Shown piece by piece: positions 9,209 to 20,498 of a stretch of 64,000 nt of DNA. Location: assembly GCA_031400935.1 (NCBI GenBank), contig JANNQV010000028.1, positions 62,001-126,000 on the forward strand. Direction: 5' to 3'. A program made the translations under genes and the position numbers. This stretch comes from Armatimonadota bacterium. Its GTDB lineage: Bacteria; Armatimonadota; Fimbriimonadia; Fimbriimonadales; Fimbriimonadaceae. Each line of letters starts with the position of its first letter. Position 1 is the first letter of the stretch. The notes below the pieces were generated by a model, which saw nothing but the letters and a program-made list of their open reading frames with translations, was not told the origin of the DNA and ran no database searches.

Positions 9209-9673
9209 TCACTTCCCTCGCGTTCGAGCCAGACGAACCACTTCAACCCGATCCTCTTCAGAAATGATTTCCAACGGTAAAACTAGGAAGCCAGGTTTCC
9301 CAAACAGAAGTACCAAAGTGTCGGAGATGATGCTCACGTCCCGAATCGAAGCAAGCTGAGCTGTTGTTACTCCACCCAAATCATTGTGAATTTCTAGACG
9401 CGTTTCCCCAAATTCATAGTGCATTTCTCGTTCGAACATCTGCGCTGCGCGCGCGCTCATCACCATCGAATATCGGATCGGCACTGTGAACGGATACACC
9501 AAGAAAATAATGCCGATATACAGCCCTAATCCATCCCGACGCATGATGAGAAAAAAAATGCCTAGCAGGACCGATAGGAGATAGATCGCCCAAAACCGTT
9601 TCAAGTAGTAAACGGTTGCAACGCGGGAAAATCGGGCGCGGTCGAATTTGTATGAAGGAGAAATGATGTCCAT
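9209..9673 (-). CDS. YcxB-like membrane protein
   Basis: Two TM helices followed by a small beta domain; start at MDIISP. Confidence 0.6.
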   Translation of the reverse strand: MDIISPSYKFDRARFSRVATVYYLKRFWAIYLLSVLLGIFFLIMRRDGLGLYIGIIFLVYPFTVPIRYSMVMSARAAQMFEREMHYEFGETRLEIHNDLGGVTTAQLASIRDVSIISDTLVLLFGKPGFLVLPLEIISEEDRVEVVRLARTRGK

Positions 9674-9709
9674 TTGAGATGTCGAGGCGATTCTACCAGC
9701 GTTCCGGTT

Positions 9710-9760
9710 CCCCCTCCTTTTTCGACGAAGGAGAAAAAGAAGGGGGTTAGTGGGAGGAGT
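9710..9760 (-). repeat. C-rich hairpin repeat (family B)
   Basis: Reverse complement closely resembles 23013-23063. Confidence 0.7.
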
Positions 9761-9800
9761 CCGAGTGAAATCCTCCAATCGTTTCCAGCCAAAATGTAAC

Positions 9801-10550
9801 GTGTCCGAAACTCCTGCCCAACTCCTTGACCTTTGCCACAGAATTGCCGACCCTTCAAAGGGTTTATGCATCGTAGCGGAAGGCAATATCAGCCTAACGG
9901 ACAGCGAAGGAACGCTTTGGATCAAAGCCAGCGGCGAACAGATGGCAACAATCGCGCTTGAAGGACTCTGCGAGGTTCGTATCTCAGAAGTCGTCCGCGC
10001 AATAGATTTGCTAATGCGCGATGCCTCTGAAGTCCGAAACGCGCTCAATACATGCTGTGTGAAGAAAGGCGAAGCCGTTCCTTCAACCGAAACCTATATG
10101 CACGCCTCGCTGATGGATCAGACTGGATGCACGGTAGTGATTCACACGCATCCAACCGAATTGCTAAAACTCCTTTGCCACACAGATGCAGATTTTTACG
10201 CGAATCGCAGAATTTTTCCCGACGAAATTGTTTTATGTGGGCCAGCTGCTTGCTATGTGCCGTACGTTGCTCCCGGACTTCCTTTGGCGATTTCGATTCA
10301 CGAAAGAGTGGCTCGATTCCGGGAGAGATACGGAATTTGGCCCAAAACAATCTGGCTCCAAAACCATGGCCTCATCTGCATCGGAAACTCAATTGGAGAA
10401 GCAGAAGCTGCCACATATATGTCCGCGAAGGCTGCTGAGGTTATCGTTGGAGCCTTGCAGTGCAAGGCTGAAATCCATTGGCTAACTCAAGAAGAAATTG
10501 ATCTGATTTATGAATGGCCGGACGAGCATTATCGTCAGCAGAAACTTTAA
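9801..10550 (+). CDS. Class II aldolase/adducin family protein
   Basis: EGNIS, PSTETYMH, HTH, LQNHG zinc motifs; GTG start. Confidence 0.9.
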   Translation: MSETPAQLLDLCHRIADPSKGLCIVAEGNISLTDSEGTLWIKASGEQMATIALEGLCEVRISEVVRAIDLLMRDASEVRNALNTCCVKKGEAVPSTETYMHASLMDQTGCTVVIHTHPTELLKLLCHTDADFYANRRIFPDEIVLCGPAACYVPYVAPGLPLAISIHERVARFRERYGIWPKTIWLQNHGLICIGNSIGEAEAATYMSAKAAEVIVGALQCKAEIHWLTQEEIDLIYEWPDEHYRQQKL

Positions 10551-10560
10551 GACCTTAGGA

Positions 10561-10980
10561 TCAATTTCGAGGCGGCTTTGTTGAAGTCTGCCCCATTTTT
10601 TGCCTCTTCTTAGCATCTTCAGCAAGCATTGCATCAAATGTCTTTTGCTGTTTTTTGTTGAGCAGCACCCGAATCTGCTTATTCACTAGTGCACGATCCG
10701 CAGCTATTTTCGACTTGCGGTCTGAGTCCGAAATTTTCGTGTTTTTCGCCAATATTTTCAATCGTTCGACTTGCATATTAACTAGTTTCGTAATCTTGTT
10801 TTTTTGATCAACCGTTAATGAGAGTTTCTTTGCGAATTCAGCCATTCGCGCTTCTGTTGAACGCGGTTTGACAGGAGAAGTGTGGCGCTGCTGCCCCTGA
10901 GGTCCAATTGTGATCTGTGAAAAGCACGTGGCGATGCTAAAAAAGCAAAAGGAAATTAATGCGAATCGCAAAGTTTTCAT
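10561..10980 (-). CDS. Secreted basic helical protein (Spy/CpxP LTXXQ-like)
   Basis: Signal peptide, LSLTVDQK and LLNKKQQ motifs. Confidence 0.6.
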   Translation of the reverse strand: MKTLRFALISFCFFSIATCFSQITIGPQGQQRHTSPVKPRSTEARMAEFAKKLSLTVDQKNKITKLVNMQVERLKILAKNTKISDSDRKSKIAADRALVNKQIRVLLNKKQQKTFDAMLAEDAKKRQKMGQTSTKPPRN

Positions 10981-11060
10981 TGTCTTTCCACAGAATAAAA
11001 CGAATGGCTTGGCAAGATGGTTCATCGTCGAATCAAGTCCAAAATGCGAGACCTGTTCAA

Positions 11061-11105
11061 ACCCTCCTTCCCCCAACCCCTTCCTCCCAGGAAGAGGAAG
11101 GGGAG
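11061..11105 (+). repeat. C-rich hairpin repeat (family B variant)
   Basis: CCCCAACCCCTTCCTCCCAGGAAGAGGAAGGGG hairpin preceded by a C-rich leader. Confidence 0.6.
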
Positions 11106-11122
11106 CCACACCCCAAAAACGA

Positions 11123-11569
11123 CTAGCCGCCGACTGCGTTCAATGCAGCTAGGAGCTTTGTCTTTTCTTCTTCGGTCAGCGGGGCACCCTTTGAAGGAGG
11201 CATTTTTCCAGCAGTGACTTCATCAGACATTTTCTTTAGCCAGTCTGCCTTCGCTGTAGCATCGGCATTTGTAGCCAGCAGGGAGAAATCCAAGCCGCCC
11301 TTCGGAGCAGCACCTGAATGGCAGCCAATGCATTTTGTAGCGATGATCGGTTTTGCATCAGTCTCAAACGATGCTGTTGTCGGAGCAACTGAATCGGAAA
11401 CCGCCGGTTCTGGATTCGTTGACTCGGTCATTGCAGCCGAATCTGAAGATGTTGAAGACATGTTTGAAGCAGAGCTCGAATCTGCAATCTCGTTCGATGC
11501 ACCGCCGGAGCATCCGAAAACTGCAAATACGACGCCCAATGCGATTAAAAGTGATGTTGTTCGAAGCAT
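11123..11569 (-). CDS. Lipoprotein with monoheme cytochrome c domain
   Basis: Lipobox VFGC, Ser-rich linker, CIGCH heme motif, distal MPP. Confidence 0.85.
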   Translation of the reverse strand: MLRTTSLLIALGVVFAVFGCSGGASNEIADSSSASNMSSTSSDSAAMTESTNPEPAVSDSVAPTTASFETDAKPIIATKCIGCHSGAAPKGGLDFSLLATNADATAKADWLKKMSDEVTAGKMPPSKGAPLTEEEKTKLLAALNAVGG

Positions 11570-11757
11570 GTAAAAGTATGGGCTATTTAGCATGCGCAAA
11601 TGCAAGTGCCTGGGAAATTTGCAAATGAGGGTAGAACAGGCACAAAGAGTGGTGAAATTCAGTATTTTTGCTAGCATGATTTGAATATTTTTGGAGTATT
11701 CTATTGGTTCAGTCGGCAATCCGATTGGTTGCATTATTTAGTTTTGGGAGTAGAAAA

Positions 11758-12288
11758 ATGAAGAGAACAGTTTTTGGGTTAGCTTTAGTGGCAGGATTTG
11801 CCGCTCACAGTCAAGCTTTGATTTGGGGATTTTCAGCGCCAATTATTGCAGGCAACCAAGAAGTTCCACCGACTAGCTCAACTGCGTATGGGACAGCTTC
11901 TTATACAATCAACGACCAGAATTGGCTCATTCAGGGAACCGTCAACGTTTGGGGGCTTTCGCCGACGGCTATTACTGGAATGCATATTCATGAAGCGCCT
12001 GTCGGAGTAAATGGACCGGTTAGATTCAATATTGGAACCAATAGCACAACATTCAACCAGGGCACTTTTTGGATTTATGCGTTTTCTGGAACATTGGCAA
12101 CAGCGAACAATGCAGCTTTCTTGACAACAATGATCAACGGTGGAACTTATATCAATGTTCACACTTCAGAGTTTCCAGGTGGAGCTATCAGAGGACAAGT
12201 TGACTGCACTGGCGTTGTGCCAGAGCCTGCAACCATGGCCGTTCTTGGGCTAGGCGTGATTCCATTTTTACGACGACGACGCAAGTAA
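11758..12288 (+). CDS. CHRD domain PEP-CTERM protein
   Basis: GNQEVPP, MHIHEAPVGVNGPV, YINVHTSEFPGGAIRGQ; C-terminal VPEPAT-TM-RRRRK. Confidence 0.92.
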   Translation: MKRTVFGLALVAGFAAHSQALIWGFSAPIIAGNQEVPPTSSTAYGTASYTINDQNWLIQGTVNVWGLSPTAITGMHIHEAPVGVNGPVRFNIGTNSTTFNQGTFWIYAFSGTLATANNAAFLTTMINGGTYINVHTSEFPGGAIRGQVDCTGVVPEPATMAVLGLGVIPFLRRRRK

Positions 12289-12310
12289 ATTGACTCTATC
12301 TCCTAAATTG

Positions 12311-12343
12311 AATCCCCGACAATCTGCCGGGGATTTTTTGTTT
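12311..12343 (+). terminator. Intrinsic terminator
   Basis: AATCCCCG...CGGGGATT hairpin plus T tract between convergent genes. Confidence 0.7.
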
Positions 12344-12349
12344 GCAGGC

Positions 12350-13402
12350 CTATTTCAACCATTTGGGATCAACATCGTTGAATCCCCATTTTTGAAGTTG
12401 CTTTCCCCATTCGCCAAGATTCGATTTGTCAATCTTCATCAGCTCCATCTTGTTGAAGGCTTCGACATTCTCGCCCTTGATTACTTTGCGGAAAACGATG
12501 TTCACACTGGTATGCCCCCAATCGTAAATTGGTTGAGCAAAGAGCACAGGCGCAATTCCCTTCTCGATGTATGGCAGTTGGGCCGGCAGACAGTCTACGG
12601 CCACGATTTTGACCTTCATTGGGTCGAGCTCAGTCAGCAACGCCGGAGCGAAAAGGGGCCAACCGCCGATCATTGCCCAGCCATTGATTTCGGGGTGCGC
12701 TTTCATTTCGCGCTGAACCGCCGCAGTTGCATCCTGTGGAGATTCGATGTGATACACCGTATTCACGATCTTCACATTCGAGTGAGATTTTGCTGCCTCT
12801 TCAACTCCCTTCACTCTCTTTTGAAGATTCGGTGCATTTTGGTTGCCGGCGAGAATTGCAACATTGAGCTGCCCAGCTCCAGCTTGTGCAACTAGCTCAT
12901 CAAGAACCATTTTGCCAACTTCCATATCATCTGCGCCGAAAAATGCAAACCGTTTCGAATCGCCACAATCGCTGTCAAAGCACATAACGGCAACTCCTTT
13001 GTCCACCGCTTCGTCAATCGCGCCTTTGACCTTAGCGGCATCGGAACAAGCTATGATAATCGCGTCTGCGCCGTTGTTGACAGCTTGAGCAATTCGCTTT
13101 GCCTGTTCTTGCCCGTCTTCCGTTGGCGGCGTTTGCCAATCTACGGTGACTGTCACGCCTTCCTTTTCGGTGAGTTCCTTGGCGGCGGCTTCGGCACCAA
13201 TTTTGGCAGCTTGGAATACCGGGTTGTTTTGGCTCTTGGCAATCAAAGTGATTTTGAGGGACGTCTTTTTGTTGCCATCTGCCGCTGTTGAGGTTTTTGG
13301 GTTTGTATTGCCTGATACGATTGCTTCTGATCCGCTTCCTCCCGAACACCCGAGCATCGTCAAAGCTACGAGGGCAAGTGAGATATAAAATGAGTTTTTC
13401 AT
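12350..13402 (-). CDS. Sugar ABC substrate-binding lipoprotein (RbsB-like)
   Basis: Lipobox MLGC, periplasmic binding protein type 1 motifs. Confidence 0.9.
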   Translation of the reverse strand: MKNSFYISLALVALTMLGCSGGSGSEAIVSGNTNPKTSTAADGNKKTSLKITLIAKSQNNPVFQAAKIGAEAAAKELTEKEGVTVTVDWQTPPTEDGQEQAKRIAQAVNNGADAIIIACSDAAKVKGAIDEAVDKGVAVMCFDSDCGDSKRFAFFGADDMEVGKMVLDELVAQAGAGQLNVAILAGNQNAPNLQKRVKGVEEAAKSHSNVKIVNTVYHIESPQDATAAVQREMKAHPEINGWAMIGGWPLFAPALLTELDPMKVKIVAVDCLPAQLPYIEKGIAPVLFAQPIYDWGHTSVNIVFRKVIKGENVEAFNKMELMKIDKSNLGEWGKQLQKWGFNDVDPKWLK

Positions 13403-13438
13403 GGCTTCTCCGGTGTTTAGGTCTTTTGTAAGATGATT

Positions 13439-13879
13439 CTAACTGATTTGCATTTCGATCTGTCCCATGCCGTCCACCCACCACGGTGCCGAATAGGAAA
13501 TCAAGCTGATCTGCTTCTCAGTTACCGGCGATGGAGATGGGAGTTCATGCCGTTGTGAACCATAGAAAAGAGCACCAGACATCTCCTTGCAGTGTAGGAA
13601 GAATGCGAATTGCGGTGTACCAACTTCATCGAGCAATACTGTTTCATTCCAGGCAGATTGCCAATTCGATCGATCAAAGTCATCCGGGCAATCGCATGGA
13701 TAGACGAAATCACCAAAGCGAATTTCACTGATTGGTCCATTGTGTTCGATAAGAATAAGCCAAGCACTGTTCCACAATTGCAGAATTTGCAGTTCGAAAT
13801 CAGGACCACCTACTTCGTCAACGTCTTTCTTAAATGCCTCAGCATCAAATGGCCACTTGCTAACTTGCATAACATTCAT
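13439..13879 (-). CDS. Hypothetical protein
   Basis: ATGA-type overlap with the upstream permease; no recognised motif. Confidence 0.6.
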   Translation of the reverse strand: MNVMQVSKWPFDAEAFKKDVDEVGGPDFELQILQLWNSAWLILIEHNGPISEIRFGDFVYPCDCPDDFDRSNWQSAWNETVLLDEVGTPQFAFFLHCKEMSGALFYGSQRHELPSPSPVTEKQISLISYSAPWWVDGMGQIEMQIS

Positions 13880-14844
13880 ACAATTCCCCTCCGCCGAATT
13901 CGATCAATCGCCAACGCCGTAATGATGATGCAGCCCGTCACGATTTCTTGGATGTTGTTCGGAAACCCCGCCTGAGAGCAGCCTGCCCGAATGGTAGAAA
14001 TCACCAGAGCACCCAGAAGCGAGCCCACAATGGTCCCTTGCCCGCCAGAAAGGCTTGCCCCGCCGATAACTACCGCCGCAATCACGTCCAGTTCTAATCC
14101 TGAAGCAACTGTGGGATCACCAACCGTAAGTCTCGAAAACTGCATCAGTCCGGCAAGACCCACAAACAGACCGGCAAGAGCGAACACCTTGCCGCGTACC
14201 GATGTCGGAGAAATGCCTGCAAGCCGTGCGGCTTCTTCATTCGCTCCGACTGCAACCACGTTTCGACCGAACACCGTTCGCTCCAGCAGCAGCGCAGCCG
14301 CCAATCCGCTCAGAACGACGAGCCAAACTCCAATTGGAAAGATCTGCCATTGCTTGTCTGGGCTTAGTCGAGCCAAAATGTCTGCCATCCAGGTCATTGG
14401 GGCATCAATCTTCTGATTATTTGCAAGTCCTTTCGCAATGCCTCGAAAGATCAACAAAGTCCCTAAAGTTACGATGAACGGAGATAACTTTAGCCGATTG
14501 ATGAGCTGGCCGTTAATCGCTCCGGCAACTACGCCAGCAAGTACTCCTCCAGTCGCTGCGACTACCGGAGAATGCCCTCGCGCCAATAGCCAAGCGATAC
14601 AAACTGTGACAAACGCAACAACCGAACCGACCGAAAGATCCAGCATCCCGCAGACAATGACGAAAGTCATTCCGATCGCGCAAAAACCGACGATTGCCGT
14701 CTGCCGAAAGACGGTTTCAAGATTCCCTTGCGAGGCAAACGCAAGGCCACTTTCTTTGTCTTTCGTCAGCCAAATGTAGCTGACGAAAAACACAATGACA
14801 ACAAGCCATGTGGCGAGAAGTCCGAGGAGGTTTTTCCAGTTCAT
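13876..14844 (-). CDS. Sugar ABC permease (RbsC-like)
   Basis: LDLSVGS, PFIVTLG, LELDVIAAVVIGGASLSGG. Confidence 0.92.
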   Translation of the reverse strand: MNWKNLLGLLATWLVVIVFFVSYIWLTKDKESGLAFASQGNLETVFRQTAIVGFCAIGMTFVIVCGMLDLSVGSVVAFVTVCIAWLLARGHSPVVAATGGVLAGVVAGAINGQLINRLKLSPFIVTLGTLLIFRGIAKGLANNQKIDAPMTWMADILARLSPDKQWQIFPIGVWLVVLSGLAAALLLERTVFGRNVVAVGANEEAARLAGISPTSVRGKVFALAGLFVGLAGLMQFSRLTVGDPTVASGLELDVIAAVVIGGASLSGGQGTIVGSLLGALVISTIRAGCSQAGFPNNIQEIVTGCIIITALAIDRIRRRGIV

Positions 14845-14849
14845 TTGTT

Positions 14850-14948
14850 AGGTTGTTAGCAGGTGGTTGGCAGGTGGCTAGCAGGTTGTTAGCAAGTTGT
14901 TGTCAAGTGATTAGCAACCTGAAACCAACTTGCCAACAACCTGCAAAC
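14850..14948. repeat. 11-mer inverted tandem element (GCAGGTKGTTR / CAACAACYTGC)
   Basis: About five G/T 11-mers followed by about three complementary copies, lying inside the ABC operon. Confidence 0.85.
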
Positions 14949-14971
14949 TATATGCCGACGCGCCACAAAAA

Positions 14972-15964
14972 TCACCCCTTCGGCGGCGAAAGCAGCTCAG
15001 CAATCGTTGGCTCGCCCATGTTCGCCTTCGTCACAACTTCGGCCCCGGTATCAATTCGCTTTTCAACCGTTTCTTTCTTCAAATGCGCGGCCATTGTCTT
15101 CACGCCCAAGTAGCCCATTTTTCGCGGATTTTGAACCATAAGCGCGTCAATATGACCGTTAGTCAGTCCTTCGATCAGCTTTGTCGATGCATCAAAACCG
15201 ACAAATTTCACCTTGCCCGCGAGACCAGCATCTTGCAATGCGCGCATCATTCCAAATGTCGAACTCTCATTGGGACAAAGCACTCCGTCGAATTGCTTGA
15301 AGGCTGCTAGCAAGTTTTCGGATGCCTTTTGAGCCGTTTCGACCGTGGAGCCAGCAAACTGATTGCTACTGACAATCGTGATGTTCGAAGCGGTCTTTAG
15401 CGCATCCAAAAAGCCATTTTCGCGTTCCGTTGTACTTGCTGAACCTTCTTGGTATCGAAGAACGATCACCTTTTTAGGTTCTTTGCCGAGCATTTCGACC
15501 ATGTGCATTCCGCCTCGTTTGCCGGCCTCATAGTTGTTTGTCGAGACAAAACTAACGGTCGCGATATCCTTCAGGCCAGAGTCAATTATTACTACCGGAA
15601 TCCCGGATTTCTGGGCTTCGTCAACAGGAATTCGTAGCGCGGTATCGTCGAGAGGGGCAAGAACAATGCCGTCCACCTTTTGGGTCGTGAAGTCCTCCAC
15701 AACCTTGATCTGGTCTTCTCGGTCGTCTTCCTTCATTGGGCCTTTCCAAATGATTTCGACGTTTCCAAGCTCCGCGGCAGCTTTATCGGCTCCCTCGTGG
15801 ATGGACTTCCAGAATTCGTGAGTGGCACCCTTAGGGATCACGGCAATTCGAAGTTTTTTCGACGTGTCGCTTGAACCTGTCGCAGTGGAATCGCCTGATT
15901 CAGCAGAGGAACCGCAACCGACTAGGGCAATCGCAGCAAGAGAGAAAAGAAAAATTCGCTTCAT
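14972..15964 (-). CDS. Sugar ABC substrate-binding lipoprotein
   Basis: Lipobox LVGC, IPKGATHEFW, VQNPRKMGY. Confidence 0.9.
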   Translation of the reverse strand: MKRIFLFSLAAIALVGCGSSAESGDSTATGSSDTSKKLRIAVIPKGATHEFWKSIHEGADKAAAELGNVEIIWKGPMKEDDREDQIKVVEDFTTQKVDGIVLAPLDDTALRIPVDEAQKSGIPVVIIDSGLKDIATVSFVSTNNYEAGKRGGMHMVEMLGKEPKKVIVLRYQEGSASTTERENGFLDALKTASNITIVSSNQFAGSTVETAQKASENLLAAFKQFDGVLCPNESSTFGMMRALQDAGLAGKVKFVGFDASTKLIEGLTNGHIDALMVQNPRKMGYLGVKTMAAHLKKETVEKRIDTGAEVVTKANMGEPTIAELLSPPKG

Positions 15965-16016
15965 AGCACACCTTCAATTCGAGATGGTCTATTGTAGTCC
16001 CTTCTTTTTGTCAAGT

Positions 16017-17693
<1,677 letters not shown>

Positions 17694-17696
17694 GCT

Positions 17697-18104
17697 ATGG
17701 CAAAGTCTTTTCAACTTTCCATCGTCGCACCGGACAGAAATGTCGCGGAACTTGAGGTTGAATCGGTAACCGTTCCAGGAATTGCGGGATATTTTGGCGT
17801 TTGGGCGGGACATGAGCCGATTATTGCCGCATTGAAGCCGGGAATCATCGAATTCTTGGCGGGCGGTGGTAGACAATACGCTTCGATTGGTGGCGGATTT
17901 GCCGAAGTATCGCCTACAAACGTTACGATACTTGCCGACGACGCGCAACTTGCAACTGAGATTGATCTCGCAAAGGCTGAGTTTGACCTTGAAGAAGCTC
18001 TTCGTGCGCTGAAAGGCGAGGTTTCCACGATGACAACCGCGGAAGCAGCAGACGCGGTCGAAAGAGCAATGTTCCGAATCAGAGCCGCCAAGAAATCTTC
18101 GTGA
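17697..18104 (+). CDS. atpC: F0F1 ATP synthase subunit epsilon
   Basis: VTVPG...GHEP...GGFAEV...VTILAD; follows atpD. Confidence 0.96.
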   Translation: MAKSFQLSIVAPDRNVAELEVESVTVPGIAGYFGVWAGHEPIIAALKPGIIEFLAGGGRQYASIGGGFAEVSPTNVTILADDAQLATEIDLAKAEFDLEEALRALKGEVSTMTTAEAADAVERAMFRIRAAKKSS

Positions 18105-18164
18105 TTTTCACTGGCAGATTCGCAATTAGTTTTCGTTAGTCAATATCGCACTTCAGAGGTACAG

Positions 18165-18248
18165 CCAGACTGAAGTTTGGGGTCCAGATGCAGGCTGAAG
18201 CCTGCGTCCTTTGACCACCCCGAACTTCACCCAATTCACCCAATTCAC
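18165..18248. repeat. REP-like doublet (family C, CAGRCTRAAGYYTG, 25-bp period) plus CCCAATTCA 9-mers
   Basis: 18165-18180 and 18190-18205 match 25869-25909; 9-mers at 18225-18248. Confidence 0.75.
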
Positions 18249-18292
18249 AAATCAGAAAGCCCGATCAAAACTGATCGGGCTTTCTGATTTTT
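18249..18292. terminator. Bidirectional intrinsic terminator
   Basis: Perfect 19-bp stem AAATCAGAAAGCCCGATCA / TGATCGGGCTTTCTGATTT between convergent genes. Confidence 0.9.
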
Positions 18293-18306
18293 AGTAAGGT
18301 AAGGAC

Positions 18307-18693
18307 TTAGCGTCCGCCGTACTTGCCGCCTTTGCCGCCGCCGTAGCCACCGCCACCGCCGCCGCTGCCGCCACGGCCACCGCCGCCACCGCCGCCGCCA
18401 GATCGGAAGCCACCGCCACCGCCACCGCCGCCATAGCCGCCACCACCGCCGCCTCGAGGACGATCTTCGCGAGGTCGAGCTTCGTCAACCTTGATGGCTC
18501 GTCCGCCGAGTTCGCTGCCATTTAGGGCTTCGACTGCTTCTGCGGCTCGCGATTCTTCAACATCAAGGAATGCAATTCCCTTGTCTCCAAGAACGCGGCA
18601 GGATACTGGCTGATAGTCACCAAAGTGCATCATTACATCGGATTCCGATGCCGAGTACGGCAAATTACCGATAAAAAGTGTTTTTGTATTCAT
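18307..18693 (-). CDS. RRM RNA-binding protein with glycine-rich tail
   Basis: RNP2 LFIGNL, RNP1 KGIAFL, VDEARPRE, GGGY repeats; SD AAGGAG. Confidence 0.92.
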   Translation of the reverse strand: MNTKTLFIGNLPYSASESDVMMHFGDYQPVSCRVLGDKGIAFLDVEESRAAEAVEALNGSELGGRAIKVDEARPREDRPRGGGGGGYGGGGGGGGFRSGGGGGGGGRGGSGGGGGGYGGGKGGKYGGR

Positions 18694-18860
18694 TTGTGCT
18701 CCTTTGCGTGGGGCGAGGATTCCGGAGCACAAACATTCTTGACACTCGAAAGCAACCCAACGCAATTCATATGCTGCCCCAATTTTGAGGCACTGGTAAT
18801 TGTGGCACATTCCTTCATTGGACGGAAAAGGGAAAAGAGAAAATATGGAATAATATCAAC

Positions 18861-18922
18861 GTCGAGGAGCGTTGCAAACCCGAAGATTCGGGACCAGGCT
18901 CGACAAGTATAACGGCGCTCGC
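18861..18922 (+). ncRNA. SAH riboswitch aptamer
   Basis: GTCGAGGAGCGTTGC...CCAGGCTCGAC...AACGGCGCTC: P1 GTCGAG/CTCGAC, P2 CCCGAA/TTCGGG, pseudoknot GAGCGTTG/CGGCGCTC; directly upstream of ahcY. Confidence 0.92.
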
Positions 18923-18956
18923 AATCGAAAAACCGGTTGCGAGCGCTTTTCGTTTT
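18915..18956 (+). terminator. Riboswitch-controlled intrinsic terminator
   Basis: 13-bp stem GCGCTCGCAATCG/CGGTTGCGAGCGC plus TTTTCGTTTT; its 5' arm overlaps the pseudoknot strand. Confidence 0.8.
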
Positions 18957-19004
18957 GAAATACTTCATGCGAAAAGCGCTCGATACGGACAATTGGAGAG
19001 AACG

Positions 19005-20420
19005 ATGCAAACGATAACAAATCCTATGAAAACTGATTTTCACGTCGCAGACCTTGGCCTAGCAGGTTGGGGCAGAAAAGAAATGGCGATCGCCGAAACC
19101 GAAATGCCCGGTTTGATGGCAATCCGAGACGAATATTCGACTTCAAAGCCACTTGCAGGAGCACGAATCGCCGGCTCGCTTCACATGACGATTCAAACAG
19201 CTGTCCTCATCGAGACTCTTGAAGCGCTTGGTGCCGAAGTTCGATGGGCAAGCTGCAACATTTACTCTACGCAAGATCATGCCGCTTCGGCCATCGCAGC
19301 AACTGGAACGCCAGTTTTTGCATTCAAAGGCGAATCGCTGGAGGAATATTGGGAATTCACCCACAAAATTTTTGAGTGGTCCGATGGCGGAACGCCAAAC
19401 ATGATTTTGGACGATGGCGGCGATGCCACTTTGCTAGTACTTTTGGGTTCGAAAGCCGAAAGCGATGCAAGCGTTTTGGCGAATCCTGCCAGTGAAGAAG
19501 AAGTTGCACTTTTCAATTCAATAGAGAAGAAACTTGCATCAGATTCATCGTTCTACAGCCGAATCAAAGCAAACATCAAGGGCGTTAGCGAAGAGACTAC
19601 GACCGGCGTTCATCGCCTTTACGAAATGCAAAAGAAGGGCGAACTTCCCTTTCCTTGCTTCAACGTAAACGACAGCGTTACCAAGTCAAAGTTCGACAAC
19701 TTGTATGGCTGCCGAGAGTCGTTGGTTGATGGAATCAAGCGAGCGACCGACGTAATGGTCGCCGGAAAGATCGCGCTTGTTTGCGGATACGGCGATGTGG
19801 GTAAAGGCTCAGCACAAGCACTTCGTGCATTGAGCGCTCAAGTTTGGGTTACCGAAGTGGATCCGATTTGCGCACTTCAAGCAGCGATGGAAGGCTACAA
19901 AGTCGTGACAACTGATTACGCCGCAAGCAAAGCAGACATTTTTGTGACTGCGACTGGCAACTATCATGTCATCACCCACGCCCACATGAAAGCGATGAAG
20001 AACAACGCAATTCTTTGCAATATCGGGCATTTTGACAACGAAATTGACGTGGCATCTCTTAACGACTACGAATGGGATGAGATCAAGCCGCAGGTGGATC
20101 ACGTAATTTTCCCCGATGGAAAACGTATCATTTTGCTTGCGAAGGGCAGACTCGTTAACCTCGGTTGCGGGACAGGGCACCCAAGCTACGTAATGTCTTC
20201 CAGCTTTGCAAATCAGGTCTTGGCGCAAATCGAGCTGTGGACGAAGAAGGGCGAATACGCTCCCGGCGTATATGTTTTGCCGAAAATCTTGGACGAAAAG
20301 GTGGCGAGGCTTCAACTTCAAAAACTAGATGCGGAGTTAACTGAGCTTTCAGATCATCAGGCGAATTATATTGGAGTTTCGAAGAAGGGCCCGTTTAAGA
20401 GCGAGCACTATCGGTATTAA
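19005..20420 (+). CDS. ahcY: Adenosylhomocysteinase
   Basis: [35 protein letters not shown]-terminal HYRY; SD GGAGAG. Confidence 0.98.
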   Translation: MQTITNPMKTDFHVADLGLAGWGRKEMAIAETEMPGLMAIRDEYSTSKPLAGARIAGSLHMTIQTAVLIETLEALGAEVRWASCNIYSTQDHAASAIAATGTPVFAFKGESLEEYWEFTHKIFEWSDGGTPNMILDDGGDATLLVLLGSKAESDASVLANPASEEEVALFNSIEKKLASDSSFYSRIKANIKGVSEETTTGVHRLYEMQKKGELPFPCFNVNDSVTKSKFDNLYGCRESLVDGIKRATDVMVAGKIALVCGYGDVGKGSAQALRALSAQVWVTEVDPICALQAAMEGYKVVTTDYAASKADIFVTATGNYHVITHAHMKAMKNNAILCNIGHFDNEIDVASLNDYEWDEIKPQVDHVIFPDGKRIILLAKGRLVNLGCGTGHPSYVMSSSFANQVLAQIELWTKKGEYAPGVYVLPKILDEKVARLQLQKLDAELTELSDHQANYIGVSKKGPFKSEHYRY

Positions 20421-20443
20421 GTAAGGGAGCGCGAGAATTGAAT

Positions 20444-20479
20444 GGAGCGCGGACGATTGAATCGATTGCGCTCCTTTCT
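20444..20479 (+). terminator. Possible terminator after ahcY
   Basis: GGAGCGC...GCGCTCC hairpin plus TTTCT. Confidence 0.5.
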
Positions 20480-20498
20480 ATTGCAGTACAATTCTTGA

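Noticed and set aside
18320..18455. GCC/CCG trinucleotide repeat as a DNA element
   Set aside because: It is the coding sequence of the Gly-rich tail of the RRM protein.
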